From Flavobacterium sp. (GTDB lineage Bacteria; Bacteroidota; Bacteroidia; Flavobacteriales; Flavobacteriaceae), in the NCBI RefSeq assembly GCF_040402955.1, contig NZ_JBBALQ010000006.1:679-64678 (forward strand): a stretch of 64,000 nt of DNA, given 5' to 3'. The notes beneath the pieces are model-generated. The model was not told where the DNA came from, did no database searches, and saw nothing but the letters and a program-made list of their open reading frames with translations. Numbering within the stretch: position 1 is the stretch's first letter; every line of letters begins with the position of its first letter. Shown here piece after piece: positions 8,005-18,646 of this stretch. The translations under genes and the position numbers were made by a program.

Positions 8005-9324
8005 TTATAAATCAAATCCCATATTTACGCCTAATTTATCGGCAATAATTCGAGCAATTTTACTTCTTAATTCTGGAATTTTCACACTATTAGTCACTTC
8101 ACTGGTAAACGCGTACATTAATAATGCTTTGGCTTCTTTTTTACCAATTCCACGTTGTTGCATATAAAACATCGCACTTTCATCTAACTGTCCAATAGTA
8201 CAACCGTGTGAACATTTTACATCATCTGCAAAAATTTCCAATTGAGGTTTCGCGTTAATAGTTGCTTTATCACTTAATAGAATATTATTATTTTGCTGAA
8301 AGGCATCTGTTTTTTGGGCTTCTTTTTCTACGAAAATTTTACCATTAAAAACACCAGTGGCATTTCCATCTAAAATGGTTTTATAGTTTTGATGACTTTC
8401 ACAATTTGGCGTGGCGTGTTGCACTAAAGTATAATGATCAACATGTTGTTTGTCGCCAATAATTGTTATACCTTTTAAAGTAGAATCAATATGTTCGCCT
8501 TGATGGTAGAAGTTTAAATTGTTTCTAGTAATATTTCCTCCAAATGTAAATGTGTGCACCGATGCGTGACTATCTTGTTTTTGTGCAATGAAAGTATTGT
8601 CTATTAAATTCGCAGTTTGTATATCGTTTTGTATCTTATAATAATCAACAATAGCGCGTTTTTGAGTAAAAATTTCTGTAACCGAATTTGTTAAAACCGG
8701 ATTGCTATTTAAACTCTGGTGACGTTCTACAATTTGTACATGTGCATTTTCGCCCACAATTATTAAATTTCGTGGTTGCGTCATTAACGCTGTTTCAGAA
8801 CCTGTTGAAAAATATAAAATTTCAATTGGCTTTTCAACTACTTTGCTCTTTGGAATATTTACATACGCACCTTCTTGAGAAAAAGCTGTGTTTAACGAAG
8901 TTAAACTATCATCTTTATTCGCGATTTTGTTGAAATATTGGTCAATATACATTTTGTATTTTGGTTTGTTTAATGCTGAGGACATCAAACAAACATCTAA
9001 GCCATCGTGAGTTGTAGATGATAAATGAGAACTAAATATTCCATCAACAAACACCAATTTATAAGTATCCACTTCATTTAAGAAGTATTTTTTTACATCT
9101 GCAAATTCTACTGTATTATCTTTTTTCGGAAATACACTAAAATCATTTTTTAATATTGCATTTAACGAAGTATATTTCCATGCTTCTTCTTTTTTGGTTG
9201 GAAAACCTTTATTTTCAAAGTTTTTTATAGCTGAAGTTCTAATGTCATGTAACTCGTTATTTACATCAACAATTTTTTCTTCAAACGCCATAAATGACGA
9301 TAGTATTTTTTCTTTTAATTCCAT
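8005..9324 (-). CDS. sufD: Fe-S cluster assembly protein SufD
   Basis: 439 aa with a SufD-type C-terminal beta-helix (..QLEIFADDVKCSHGCTIGQLDE..). It sits in the operon with sufB and sufC. Confidence 0.9.
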   Translation of the reverse strand: MELKEKILSSFMAFEEKIVDVNNELHDIRTSAIKNFENKGFPTKKEEAWKYTSLNAILKNDFSVFPKKDNTVEFADVKKYFLNEVDTYKLVFVDGIFSSHLSSTTHDGLDVCLMSSALNKPKYKMYIDQYFNKIANKDDSLTSLNTAFSQEGAYVNIPKSKVVEKPIEILYFSTGSETALMTQPRNLIIVGENAHVQIVERHQSLNSNPVLTNSVTEIFTQKRAIVDYYKIQNDIQTANLIDNTFIAQKQDSHASVHTFTFGGNITRNNLNFYHQGEHIDSTLKGITIIGDKQHVDHYTLVQHATPNCESHQNYKTILDGNATGVFNGKIFVEKEAQKTDAFQQNNNILLSDKATINAKPQLEIFADDVKCSHGCTIGQLDESAMFYMQQRGIGKKEAKALLMYAFTSEVTNSVKIPELRSKIARIIADKLGVNMGFDL

Positions 9325-9347
9325 TTTATTTAGTTGTTTCCTTCGGA

Positions 9348-9369
9348 GTTTCAGGTTTAAAGTTTCAAG
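9348..9369. repeat. Left inverted-repeat arm of the four-helix-bundle cassette (GTTTCAGGTTTAAAGTTTCAAG)
   Basis: The reverse complement of 9867-9888 matches at 21 of 22 positions. The arm is built from three GTTTNAR heptamers. Confidence 0.85.
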
Positions 9370-9421
9370 TTATTATAGTCTGAACGTAATTTCCTTTGTA
9401 CTCTTTGTTTTGATTTTCATG

Positions 9422-9811
9422 TTATTGGAACTTGTTTCCTTTGAAATCTTTTTTATTTAAATAAGTGATAAAGTTTTTAATTTTCCCACTTAAATTTTCA
9501 TATTTAATTTTTAATTAAATGAATTTTTCTTCTGAAATATATTCATAATCAAATAGTCTATATATTTGTAAACGCGTTTCACCAGCTGAACCTTTTGCAA
9601 TTGATAAAAATTGTCTAAATTCTATATTCCCATCTCTTTCAAACCCTTCTGCAATATTGTCCATTACAGAACCCGATGATGCTTTTATTTGTTCTTTAAA
9701 TCGGAAATCTTGTTTTAAATCAGTTTCTTTTGAAATTAGAAAAATTTCTTTAGTTAATTTTCTGGCTTCTTGCCAAATTTCTAAATCTTCAAACTTTGTA
9801 ATTGTTGCCAT
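9422..9811 (-). pseudogene. Four-helix-bundle protein (23S rRNA IVS protein / Avd family) interrupted by an in-frame TAA at 9515-9517
   Basis: The 98-aa ORF (9515-9811) shows the family signature ([13 protein letters not shown]...[39 protein letters not shown]). After the TAA the same frame continues LKIKYENLSGKIKNFITYLNKKDFKGNKFQ* to 9422. This looks like the normal C-terminal helix and restores a typical length of about 129 aa. Confidence 0.75.
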
Positions 9812-9859
9812 GGCTTATATTAAATTTAATTATTTGCGTGTATTTTTATATTAAGTAAA

Positions 9860-9888
9860 CTTGAAACTTGAAACTTGAAACCTGAAAC
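9860..9888. repeat. Right inverted-repeat arm: (CTTGAAA)x3 followed by CCTGAAAC
   Basis: Tandem heptamers read directly. The segment 9867-9888 is the inverted copy of 9348-9369. Confidence 0.85.
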
Positions 9889-9894
9889 AAATTT

Positions 9895-10644
9895 TTATAC
9901 TACTTCGTTTTTAATCCAATCGTATCCTTTTTCTTCTAATTCTAATGCTAAAGATGCATCGCCAGATTTAACGATTTTTCCATCCATTAAAACGTGTACA
10001 AAATCGGGAATAATATAATCTAATAACCGTTGGTAATGTGTAATCACTAAAACTGCATTAGTTTCATTTTTTAGTTTGTTCACACCATTAGCAACAATAC
10101 GTAAAGCATCAATATCTAAACCAGAATCTGTTTCGTCAAGAATCGCTAATTTTGGTTCTAACATCGCCATTTGAAAAATTTCATTACGTTTTTTCTCACC
10201 ACCAGAAAATCCTTCATTAAGTGAACGCGATAAGAATTTTCTATCGATTTCTAATAATTCTGATTTTTCACGAATTAATTTCAGCATTTCATTTGCAGGC
10301 ATATCTTCTAGTCCACGTGCTTTACGCGATTCATTAATAGCTGTTTTCATAAAATTTGTAACTGAAACTCCAGGTATTTCAACTGGATATTGAAAAGACA
10401 AGAAAACGCCTTTGTGAGCTCTTTCTTCGGGTGCTAATTCTGAAATGTCTTGACCTTCTAAAATAATTTCGCCAGCAGTTACGTTATAGTTTTCGTTTCC
10501 AGCAATTATTGACGAAAGGGTACTTTTTCCAGCACCATTTGGTCCCATAATAGCATGAACTTCTCCGGCTTTTACTTCTAGATTAATTCCTTTTAATATT
10601 TCTTTGTCTTCTACTGAAGCGTGTAAGTTTTTAATTTGTAACAT
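9895..10644 (-). CDS. sufC: Fe-S cluster assembly ATPase SufC
   Basis: Walker [10 protein letters not shown], an ABC signature and typical SufC length (249 aa). Confidence 0.95.
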   Translation of the reverse strand: MLQIKNLHASVEDKEILKGINLEVKAGEVHAIMGPNGAGKSTLSSIIAGNENYNVTAGEIILEGQDISELAPEERAHKGVFLSFQYPVEIPGVSVTNFMKTAINESRKARGLEDMPANEMLKLIREKSELLEIDRKFLSRSLNEGFSGGEKKRNEIFQMAMLEPKLAILDETDSGLDIDALRIVANGVNKLKNETNAVLVITHYQRLLDYIIPDFVHVLMDGKIVKSGDASLALELEEKGYDWIKNEVV

Positions 10645-10679
10645 TGTATAAATGTGTTTTTATTCTGATTTATATTTGA

Positions 10680-12128
10680 TTATCCTACTGAACCTTCTAA
10701 ACTTATTTCCAATAATTTTTGAGCTTCCACAGCGAATTCCATTGGTAATTTATTCAAGACTTCTTTACTGAAACCATTTACAATTAAAGCAATTGCTTTT
10801 TCAGTTGGAATCCCTCTTTGGTTGCAATAAAAGACTTGGTCTTCACCAATTTTTGATGTGGTGGCTTCGTGTTCTATTTTTGCACTTGTATTTTTACTTT
10901 CTATATATGGAAATGTATGGGCACCACAATTGTTACCCATAAGTAAACTATCACATTGCGAGAAGTTTCGGGCATTATCTGCGTTTTTACTTATTTGAAC
11001 CAATCCACGGTAACTATTTTGTGATTTTCCAGCCGAAATTCCTTTTGAAATAATGGTTGACTTTGTGTTTTTACCTAAATGAATCATTTTTGTTCCGGTA
11101 TCGGCCTGTTGGAAATTATTTGTAACAGCGATAGAGTAAAACTCACCAATTGAATTATCCCCTTTTAAAATACAAGACGGATATTTCCAAGTTACGGCAG
11201 AACCTGTTTCTACTTGTGTCCAAGATATTTTTGCGTTTTTCTCGCATAAACCTCTTTTGGTTACAAAATTGAATACACCACCTTTTCCTTCTTTATTTCC
11301 TGGATACCAGTTTTGAACGGTTGAATATTTTATTTCAGCATCGTCTAAAGCAATTAATTCCACAACTGCAGCATGCAATTGATTTTCATCACGACTTGGA
11401 GCTGTGCAACCTTCTAAGTAGGATACATAACTACCTTCATCAGCAATTAATAGGGTTCTTTCAAACTGTCCTGTTCCACCCTGATTGATTCTAAAGTAAG
11501 TTGACAATTCCATCGGACATTTCACGCCTTTTGGAATATAACAAAAACTTCCATCAGAGAAAACAGCTGAATTTAAAGCGGCATAAAAATTATCTTTTTG
11601 CGGCACAATAGTTCCTAAATATTTCTTAACTAATTCTGGATGTTCCTGAATAGCATCGGAAATAGGACAAAAAATAATTCCTTTTTCGCCTAAGGTTTTT
11701 TTAAATGTAGTAGCTACTGAAACAGAATCTACTACAATATCCATTGCCACATTATTCATTTTTTTCTGCTCATCAATAGAAATGCCTAACTTTTTATACA
11801 TTTCTAATAATTCCGCATCTACATCATCTAATGTTTTATTTGGATCCGATTTTTTTGGTGCCGAATAATAGGCAATAGCTTGAAAATCTGGTTTTGTATA
11901 GTTAACATTTGCCCATTCTGGTTCTTCCATTTCCTTCCAAGCGGCGAATGCTTCTAAACGCCAATCGGTCATCCATTGTGGTTCGTTTTTCTTTTTAGAA
12001 ATTGCTCGCACAATATCTTCATTTAAACCAATGGGAAACGTTTCCGATTCTAATTCAGTGTAAAATCCGTATTCGTATTCTTTATTTTCTAATTCGACTT
12101 TTAAATCGTCTTCTGTGTATTTACTCAT
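10680..12128 (-). CDS. sufB: Fe-S cluster assembly scaffold SufB
   Basis: 482 aa with conserved SufB sequence throughout (..[23 protein letters not shown]..). Confidence 0.95.
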   Translation of the reverse strand: MSKYTEDDLKVELENKEYEYGFYTELESETFPIGLNEDIVRAISKKKNEPQWMTDWRLEAFAAWKEMEEPEWANVNYTKPDFQAIAYYSAPKKSDPNKTLDDVDAELLEMYKKLGISIDEQKKMNNVAMDIVVDSVSVATTFKKTLGEKGIIFCPISDAIQEHPELVKKYLGTIVPQKDNFYAALNSAVFSDGSFCYIPKGVKCPMELSTYFRINQGGTGQFERTLLIADEGSYVSYLEGCTAPSRDENQLHAAVVELIALDDAEIKYSTVQNWYPGNKEGKGGVFNFVTKRGLCEKNAKISWTQVETGSAVTWKYPSCILKGDNSIGEFYSIAVTNNFQQADTGTKMIHLGKNTKSTIISKGISAGKSQNSYRGLVQISKNADNARNFSQCDSLLMGNNCGAHTFPYIESKNTSAKIEHEATTSKIGEDQVFYCNQRGIPTEKAIALIVNGFSKEVLNKLPMEFAVEAQKLLEISLEGSVG

Positions 12129-12195
12129 TTTTTTATTGAAATTTTTTAGTCAAAAGTTTAATAATTTGGTTATTATTTTAACTTATAACTTTATT

Positions 12196-12525
12196 TTAAA
12201 GCGAAAAACTTTCCCCGCACCCACATGTTCTTTGTGCATTTGGATTGTTAAAAACAAATCCTTTTCCGTTTAAACCTCCTGAAAACTCTAAAATAGTGCC
12301 AGCTAAATACAAAAACGATTTTTTTTCAACAGCAATTTTTACATTACTATCTTCAAAAACTTTATCGTTTTCACCTAATTCCTTATCAAATTTTAATTCA
12401 TAAGAAAGTCCAGAACAACCACCACTTTTAACACCAACACGGACATAATCCGTAGCAGCATCAAAACCTTCTTCCTGCATCATATTGATAATTTTTTTAC
12501 TTGCAGATTCAGATACTTTTATCAT
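12196..12525 (-). CDS. Iron-sulfur cluster insertion/A-type carrier protein (HesB/IscA/SufA family)
   Basis: 109 aa with C-terminal CGCGESF plus an internal GGCSG motif. It is the first gene of the suf operon. Confidence 0.9.
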   Translation of the reverse strand: MIKVSESASKKIINMMQEEGFDAATDYVRVGVKSGGCSGLSYELKFDKELGENDKVFEDSNVKIAVEKKSFLYLAGTILEFSGGLNGKGFVFNNPNAQRTCGCGESFSL

Positions 12526-12790
12526 AACTTAGTTATTAATTATATTTGTTATATATTCCTTATTTTGATTTTGTCTAAATTAACTCTGCAAAGATAAACC
12601 ATAAAAAACTTTTTACAAGGTTTATAACATTTTTATAACTTATATTTTCATAATTTTAATTTATGCTGATAATATTTTTTAGTAGTCATAAATGTTATAG
12701 TTTTTTTTATTGATGTTTGCTTTCGCAAACTTGTTGTATTTTACGATTTCATTTATTGAAAATTTTGTAATTTGGCAAAAAATATAAATT

Positions 12791-13648
12791 ATGAAATTAT
12801 ATCCAATAGAAGCCGGAAATTTTAAGTTAGATGGCGGTGCTATGTTTGGTGTTGTACCAAAGACAATTTGGAATAAAACTAATCCTGCGGATTCAAATAA
12901 TTTAATAGATATTGCTGCAAGATGTTTGCTTATAGAAGATGGAAATAAACTGATATTAATAGATACCGGAATGGGAAACAAACAATCCGATAAGTTTTTT
13001 GGCTATTATTCCCTTTGGGGTGAGGAAAGTTTGGATAAGTCTTTATCGAAACTCGGATTTCATAAAGATGATATTACAGATGTTTTTATGACACATTTAC
13101 ATTTTGATCATTGTGGTGGTTCTGTAAATTGGAATAAGGATAAAACAGGTTATGAAGTAGCATTTAAAAACGCGAATTATTGGACAAATAAAAACCATTG
13201 GGAATGGGCAACTCAACCTAATTCTCGTGAAAAAGCTTCTTTTTTAAATGAAAATATTTTGCCTATGCAAGAAAGCGGTCAGTTGAAATTTATTAATCGT
13301 ACCGAGGGTAATTTTCTAGCTACTTCAGAATTAGATTTTGGCATCTTTTTTGCAGATGGTCATACCGAAAAACAAATGCTTCCACATATTAATTATAAAG
13401 GAAAAACCATTGTTTTTTGTGCTGATTTAATAGCTACAGCTGGTCATATTTCTATCCCGTATGTCATGGGATACGATACAAGACCGCTTTTAACTATGGA
13501 CGAAAAAGCAAAATTCATGAATGCAGCTGCAGAAAATAATTACTACTTATTTTTAGAGCACGATGCCCATAATGAAATAATAACCGTAGAAAAAACAGAA
13601 AAAGGAGTACGATTAAAAGACGTTTTTACATGCAACAACATTTTATAA
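12791..13648 (+). CDS. MBL-fold metallo-hydrolase
   Basis: HLHFDHCGG (HxHxDH) motif; 285 aa. Confidence 0.85.
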   Translation: MKLYPIEAGNFKLDGGAMFGVVPKTIWNKTNPADSNNLIDIAARCLLIEDGNKLILIDTGMGNKQSDKFFGYYSLWGEESLDKSLSKLGFHKDDITDVFMTHLHFDHCGGSVNWNKDKTGYEVAFKNANYWTNKNHWEWATQPNSREKASFLNENILPMQESGQLKFINRTEGNFLATSELDFGIFFADGHTEKQMLPHINYKGKTIVFCADLIATAGHISIPYVMGYDTRPLLTMDEKAKFMNAAAENNYYLFLEHDAHNEIITVEKTEKGVRLKDVFTCNNIL

Positions 13649-14976
13649 TGAATTATTTTTTAGGAATTTTAGCCTTTGCATGTGTAGCAGCATGCCAAAA
13701 CAAACCTTTGGAAAACAAACCAAAAGTTTCAATTTTAGAAAAAGAAAAAAAAGAGATTTGTAAAACCAGCGGAACATTTTCCGAATTGGTATTAGAACGA
13801 AGAATTCATGCAATTGATCCTTTAATAAAGGAGGAAAAAGATGTATACGATGTGGATATTTATTCGCCTAAATCGGCAATTTATTCAAAAGATGGTACTA
13901 AATTTTATGTAAATTCATTAGAAGGCTATGCAACAGTTGTGTACGATGCCAACACTTTTATAAAAATAAAAACTATTAAATACCATTTTTCAGAGAAAAA
14001 TAAGCACTTATTTAAGAACAACGAAAATACAGCGTTTGATTATCAATTTAAACAGAAAAAAGAAAATTTAAATCATTTTTTTGGCAAACCAGTAGAAAGT
14101 TGCTTGTCGCATGATGGAAAGTTTTTGTGGGTTACTTTTTATAGACGAGATTTTGATGAAAATGCCGAATCTCCATCAGCAGTTGCAATAATTAATACAG
14201 AAACCGACGAAATTGTTAGAGTAATTCCATCTGGACCATTGCCTAAAATGATTGCCTGCTCACCAGATAATAAATTTATTTCGGTTACTCATTGGGGTGA
14301 CAACACAGTTGGTATAATTGACATTTCGTCTAATAATGTTATGGATTTTAAGTATGTTTCACACATTGAAGTTGATGGACGTTTAACAATGAATTATGCA
14401 AACGGACAAAAAGTAAATAGAGATAATGACTGCGGAAATTGTCTTCGTGGCACTGTTTTTTCACCAGATGGAAAGTATATTTTTATAGCAAAAATGGGAG
14501 GAAATGGCATTGCAGTTATTGAAACAAAAAACTTTAAATATATAGGAACAATTACTGGTTCCAAAGGAAATTTAAGACATATAATTATTAATCATGATGA
14601 CTTAATTTTAAGTTCAAACAAACACGGCGTGGTACAAAAAGCAAAACTTTCCGAACTATTAAAACTTCCATTTGAAAATGAAAAAACCCTAGTAAATTAT
14701 CCAAATTGGCAAACGGTAAATGTTGGGTTTGGCGCAAGAACAATTGAAGCAACTACAGACGGAAAATATATTTTTGCATGTGTAAACAACGAATGTAAAG
14801 TAGTAGTAATTGACGCCCAAGAAATGAAAGTAATTGCAAGTAAGGATGTATCTAAATTTCCAGTTGGAATGGCAATTTCGCATGATGGAACACAATTAAT
14901 TGTAACTTCGCAAGGAAAAGATAGCGTGCTTAAAAGTGGAAATGCTGTATCTATATTTAAAATAAAATATGAATGA
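13648..14976 (+). CDS. Beta-propeller (YncE/cytochrome-D1-like repeat) lipoprotein
   Basis: Signal peptide with lipobox (LAFACVAAC). Repeated SPDGK/SHDG-type propeller blades. The start ATG overlaps the MBL stop (TAATG). Confidence 0.6.
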   Translation: MNYFLGILAFACVAACQNKPLENKPKVSILEKEKKEICKTSGTFSELVLERRIHAIDPLIKEEKDVYDVDIYSPKSAIYSKDGTKFYVNSLEGYATVVYDANTFIKIKTIKYHFSEKNKHLFKNNENTAFDYQFKQKKENLNHFFGKPVESCLSHDGKFLWVTFYRRDFDENAESPSAVAIINTETDEIVRVIPSGPLPKMIACSPDNKFISVTHWGDNTVGIIDISSNNVMDFKYVSHIEVDGRLTMNYANGQKVNRDNDCGNCLRGTVFSPDGKYIFIAKMGGNGIAVIETKNFKYIGTITGSKGNLRHIIINHDDLILSSNKHGVVQKAKLSELLKLPFENEKTLVNYPNWQTVNVGFGARTIEATTDGKYIFACVNNECKVVVIDAQEMKVIASKDVSKFPVGMAISHDGTQLIVTSQGKDSVLKSGNAVSIFKIKYE

Positions 14977-15027
14977 TTGTAACAATCCATCCAAAAAATA
15001 AACTAATTAAAATAAAATGTATAAAAA

Positions 15028-16626
15028 ATGAAAAATTTATTTAAACCTTTATATCTATCACTTGCTTTAGCGCTTGTTTTATCTGGATGTGGTCCAGCCA
15101 AAATGGTTTCAACTCCGGTTGAGAATATTGATAAAATGTCTTTAAAAACAACGCCATTAAAAGAAAAAGACTTACAGCGTTGGAGTCATTTAGACATAAT
15201 AAAAGACACGGTACCAGGTATGAGTGTGGATAAAGCGTATTCAGAAGTATTAAAAGGAAAAAAAGGGACAAAAGTTATCGTTGGAATTGTAGATTCTGGT
15301 GTAGATATTAATCACGAAGATTTAAAATCGGTTATTTGGACCAATCCAAAAGAAATTGCTGGAAATACTATTGATGATGATAAAAATGGATATATTGATG
15401 ATATTCATGGTTGGAATTTTTTAGGCGATGCTGTACATGAACAATTAGAAATGACTCGTATTGTAAAAAGAGGACCTAATACTTCGGAATATGCTAAAGC
15501 GAAAACAAAATTAGAAGAGGATATTAAAGGATTGCAACAAGATAAACAGCAATTAGATATGATTTTAAACGCTGAAAAAGCTATTAAATCGCATCTTAAA
15601 AAAGACAACTTTACTTTAGAAGAAGTTAAAAAAATTGAAACTAAAGATCAAAGTTTATTGCAAGCTAAAGCCATGTTTTCTCAGTTTTTAACGGGTATGA
15701 CAAAATCTGAATTTGATAAAGAAATTATTGATTTTAAAGACCATGTTTATGGGCAATTAAATTATAATTTGAATTTAGAATACGATGGTAGAAAAATAGT
15801 TGGCGACAATCCAGATGATATCAATGACAGAAAATATGGGAATAATAATGTGGTAGGTCCTGAACCAAAAGAAGCCAAACATGGTACACACGTGGCAGGT
15901 ATTGTGGCGCAAGTAAGAGGTAATAAAAAAGGTGGCGATGGAGTAGCTGCTTCAGTAGTAGAAATTATGGCTGTTCGAGCAGTACCTGACGGTGATGAAT
16001 ACGATAAAGATATTGCTTTAGGAATTCGCTATGCTGTAGATAATGGAGCAAAAGTTATCAACGGATCTTTTGGAAAATATTTCTCTCAAAACAAAGAATG
16101 GGTTATAGATGCTATAAAATATGCGGCTTCTAAAGATGTACTTGTAGTAATTGCTGCAGGAAACGAATCATATGATTTAGATGTAACTAATAAATATCCA
16201 AATGACACGTATGATAATTCACCAGAATTTGCTAATAATGTTTTAATTATTGGTGCACTTACTCCGGATTATGGGTCTAAAATGGTAGCTTCTTTTTCAA
16301 ATTACGGAAAAAACAATGTTGATATTTTCGCACCAGGTGAAAAAATATACGCAACTACTCCTTTAAATACCTACGAATATTTACAAGGTACTTCAATGGC
16401 TTCGCCAAATGTAGCCGGTGTTGCCGCATTGATTCGTTCGTATTATCCAAGTTTGTCAGCCGTTCAGGTGAAACAAATTATTATGGAAAGCGGTACATCG
16501 TTAAAAAACATGATTTCAATAGGAGAAGAAAAAAAGAAATCAAATTTTTCCGAAATTTCTAAATCAGGAAAAATAGTAAACGCCTATAACGCACTGCTAT
16601 TAGCTGAAAAAACGGCAAAAAAATAA
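15028..16626 (+). CDS. S8 family (subtilisin-like) serine peptidase, lipoprotein
   Basis: Lipobox LSGC. Catalytic motifs VDSGVD, HGTHVAG and GTSMASP. Confidence 0.9.
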   Translation: MKNLFKPLYLSLALALVLSGCGPAKMVSTPVENIDKMSLKTTPLKEKDLQRWSHLDIIKDTVPGMSVDKAYSEVLKGKKGTKVIVGIVDSGVDINHEDLKSVIWTNPKEIAGNTIDDDKNGYIDDIHGWNFLGDAVHEQLEMTRIVKRGPNTSEYAKAKTKLEEDIKGLQQDKQQLDMILNAEKAIKSHLKKDNFTLEEVKKIETKDQSLLQAKAMFSQFLTGMTKSEFDKEIIDFKDHVYGQLNYNLNLEYDGRKIVGDNPDDINDRKYGNNNVVGPEPKEAKHGTHVAGIVAQVRGNKKGGDGVAASVVEIMAVRAVPDGDEYDKDIALGIRYAVDNGAKVINGSFGKYFSQNKEWVIDAIKYAASKDVLVVIAAGNESYDLDVTNKYPNDTYDNSPEFANNVLIIGALTPDYGSKMVASFSNYGKNNVDIFAPGEKIYATTPLNTYEYLQGTSMASPNVAGVAALIRSYYPSLSAVQVKQIIMESGTSLKNMISIGEEKKKSNFSEISKSGKIVNAYNALLLAEKTAKK

Positions 16627-16645
16627 TCAAATAAAAACATATAAC

Positions 16646-16683
16646 AACCACAAAGTGATACGTAGTCGTTTATCTTTGTGGTT
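16646..16683 (+). terminator. Hairpin between the S8 and M1 peptidase genes, overlapping a TATCTTTG -7 box (16671-16678)
   Basis: 10-bp inverted repeat: aaccacaaag (16646-16655) and ctttgtggtt (16674-16683). There is no clear T-run. Confidence 0.35.
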
Positions 16684-16708
16684 ATCTCATTTAAGTCAAA
16701 TAATTATA

Positions 16709-18646
16709 ATGAAAAATACACTTAAACATTTTTTAATTCTTTTAACAGGAATTTCCTTCGCACAAAACAATCCAAATTCAGGATATTGGCAACAACATGT
16801 TGATTATAAAATGAATGTGAATATGGATGTGAAAAAATATAAATATAAAGGAACGCAAGAACTAATTTACACAAATAATTCACCTGATACGTTAAAGAAA
16901 GTCTTTTTTCATTTGTATTCAAATGCGTTTCAGCCGGGTAGTGCTATGGATATGCGTTTGCAAACCATTACAGATCCAGACAAACGAATGGTTCGTAAAT
17001 TCACAAAAGACACAAAAGAAATAAAAGAAAGTAGAATTAGTACGTTGAAGCCTAATGAAATTGGGTATTTGTTGGTTTCAAATTGCAAACAAAATGGTGT
17101 AGCAGCACAAAGTAGAGTAGTAGGGACTATTTTAGAAGTTACTTTGCCGCAGGCAATTTTACCTAAATCAAATTCAACTTTTTCATTAGATTTTGAAGGA
17201 CAAGTGCCTTTACAAATTCGTCGTTCTGGTAGAAATTCAGAAGAAAATGTAGCGCTTTCTATGACGCAATGGTATCCTAAAATGGCTGAATATGATTTTG
17301 AAGGTTGGCATGCCGACACCTATATAGCAAGAGAATTTCATGGTGTTTGGGGTAACTTTGATGTAAAAATTACTATTGACAAAGACTATACTATTGGAAG
17401 TACAGGTTATCTTCAAAATAAAAATGAAATTGGAAAAGGATATGAAGACACAGGAGTTGTGGTTACTTATCCGAAAAAAACATCATCATTAACTTGGCAT
17501 TTCATAGCACCAAACGTTCATGATTTTGCTTGGGGAGCAGATCCAGAATACATTCATGATAAAATTATGGGTGAAAATGAAACCGAATTACACTTTTTTT
17601 ATAAAAATAAGAAAGAAAATCTTGAAAATTGGAAAAAAATGCAGCCTAAAACCGCTGAATTATTAGCCTATTTCAATAAAAATGTTGGGCAATATCCGTA
17701 CAAACAATATTCCGTTATTCAAGGTGGCGATGGTGGTATGGAATATGCCATGTGTACCTTGATAACTGGAAATAGAAGCTATGGCAGTTTGGTGGGTGTA
17801 ACCGCTCATGAATTTGCACATAGTTGGTTTCAACATATTTTAGCTACTAATGAATCAAAACATTGTTGGATGGATGAAGGTTTTACTTCATATATTTCAA
17901 ATTTAGCTATGAATGAAATTTTACCACCAAAAGAACCAGAAAGCCCGTTTGCAGATTCTTATAAAAACTATGTTTTTTTAGCCAATTCAGCAAAAGAACA
18001 ACCTTTAACAACGCATGCGGATAGATACGATTATAACCAATCGTATGGAATCGGTGCATATAGTAAAGGAGAAATCTTTTTAGCACAATTAGGTTACATC
18101 ATTGGACAAGAAAATTTAGATAAAACGATTAAAAAATATTATTCGGATTATAAATTTACACATCCAACACCAAATGACATCAAGCGAACTGCTGAAAAAG
18201 TTTCAGGTGCCAACTTAGATTGGTATTTAAATGAATGGACGCAAACTACTAATACGATTGACTACGCTATTAAGTCTGTAGAAAATAATAAAATCATTTT
18301 AGAAAGAAAAGGTAGAATGCCGATGCCTTTAGATGTAATTGTTGAATTTGAAAACGGAACTAAAGAATATTTTTATATTTCAAATACGTTAATGCGATGG
18401 GAAAAACCAAATCCGTTTACTTTAAAAAGAAACGTTTTATCAGGTTGGGATTGGGCTATACCGACCTATACAATAGAAATTGACACACAAAAGGGTAATG
18501 TGAAAACTGTAATTATTGATCCAAGTGATTTAATGGCAGATGTTAAGAAGGAAGACAATATATTTCAAAAAAATTACGATAAGATATCATATCAAATTAA
18601 AAATAATAGTACATTCGATTTTAAATTATTCTCAAATGCAAGATAA
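16709..18646 (+). CDS. M1 family metallopeptidase (aminopeptidase N-like), secreted
   Basis: GGMEY (GAMEN-like) motif, HEFAHSWF (HExxH) and WMDEGF. Signal peptide from the ATG at 16709. Confidence 0.85.
   Translation: MKNTLKHFLILLTGISFAQNNPNSGYWQQHVDYKMNVNMDVKKYKYKGTQELIYTNNSPDTLKKVFFHLYSNAFQPGSAMDMRLQTITDPDKRMVRKFTKDTKEIKESRISTLKPNEIGYLLVSNCKQNGVAAQSRVVGTILEVTLPQAILPKSNSTFSLDFEGQVPLQIRRSGRNSEENVALSMTQWYPKMAEYDFEGWHADTYIAREFHGVWGNFDVKITIDKDYTIGSTGYLQNKNEIGKGYEDTGVVVTYPKKTSSLTWHFIAPNVHDFAWGADPEYIHDKIMGENETELHFFYKNKKENLENWKKMQPKTAELLAYFNKNVGQYPYKQYSVIQGGDGGMEYAMCTLITGNRSYGSLVGVTAHEFAHSWFQHILATNESKHCWMDEGFTSYISNLAMNEILPPKEPESPFADSYKNYVFLANSAKEQPLTTHADRYDYNQSYGIGAYSKGEIFLAQLGYIIGQENLDKTIKKYYSDYKFTHPTPNDIKRTAEKVSGANLDWYLNEWTQTTNTIDYAIKSVENNKIILERKGRMPMPLDVIVEFENGTKEYFYISNTLMRWEKPNPFTLKRNVLSGWDWAIPTYTIEIDTQKGNVKTVIIDPSDLMADVKKEDNIFQKNYDKISYQIKNNSTFDFKLFSNAR

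Noticed and set aside
9345-9890. CRISPR array or a DGR (the Avd-like gene).
   Set aside because: The repeats are 7-nt units without spacers. No cas genes, reverse transcriptase or template/variable repeat pair occur anywhere in the window.
12714-12731. Palindrome gtttgc-tttc-gcaaac between the suf operon and the MBL gene, as a possible Fe-S regulator operator.
   Set aside because: The arms are only 6 bp in AT-rich DNA, and it lies about 190 nt from the sufA start. That is too weak to call.
16655-16708. GTG-initiated N-terminal extension of the M1 peptidase, with similar upstream extensions for ndk (762-782), bshC (2418-2441), the TonB receptor (36795-36845) and rimK (18540-18635).
   Set aside because: In each case an internal ATG gives a canonical N-terminus or signal peptide, and the extensions cross promoters, hairpins or the preceding gene.
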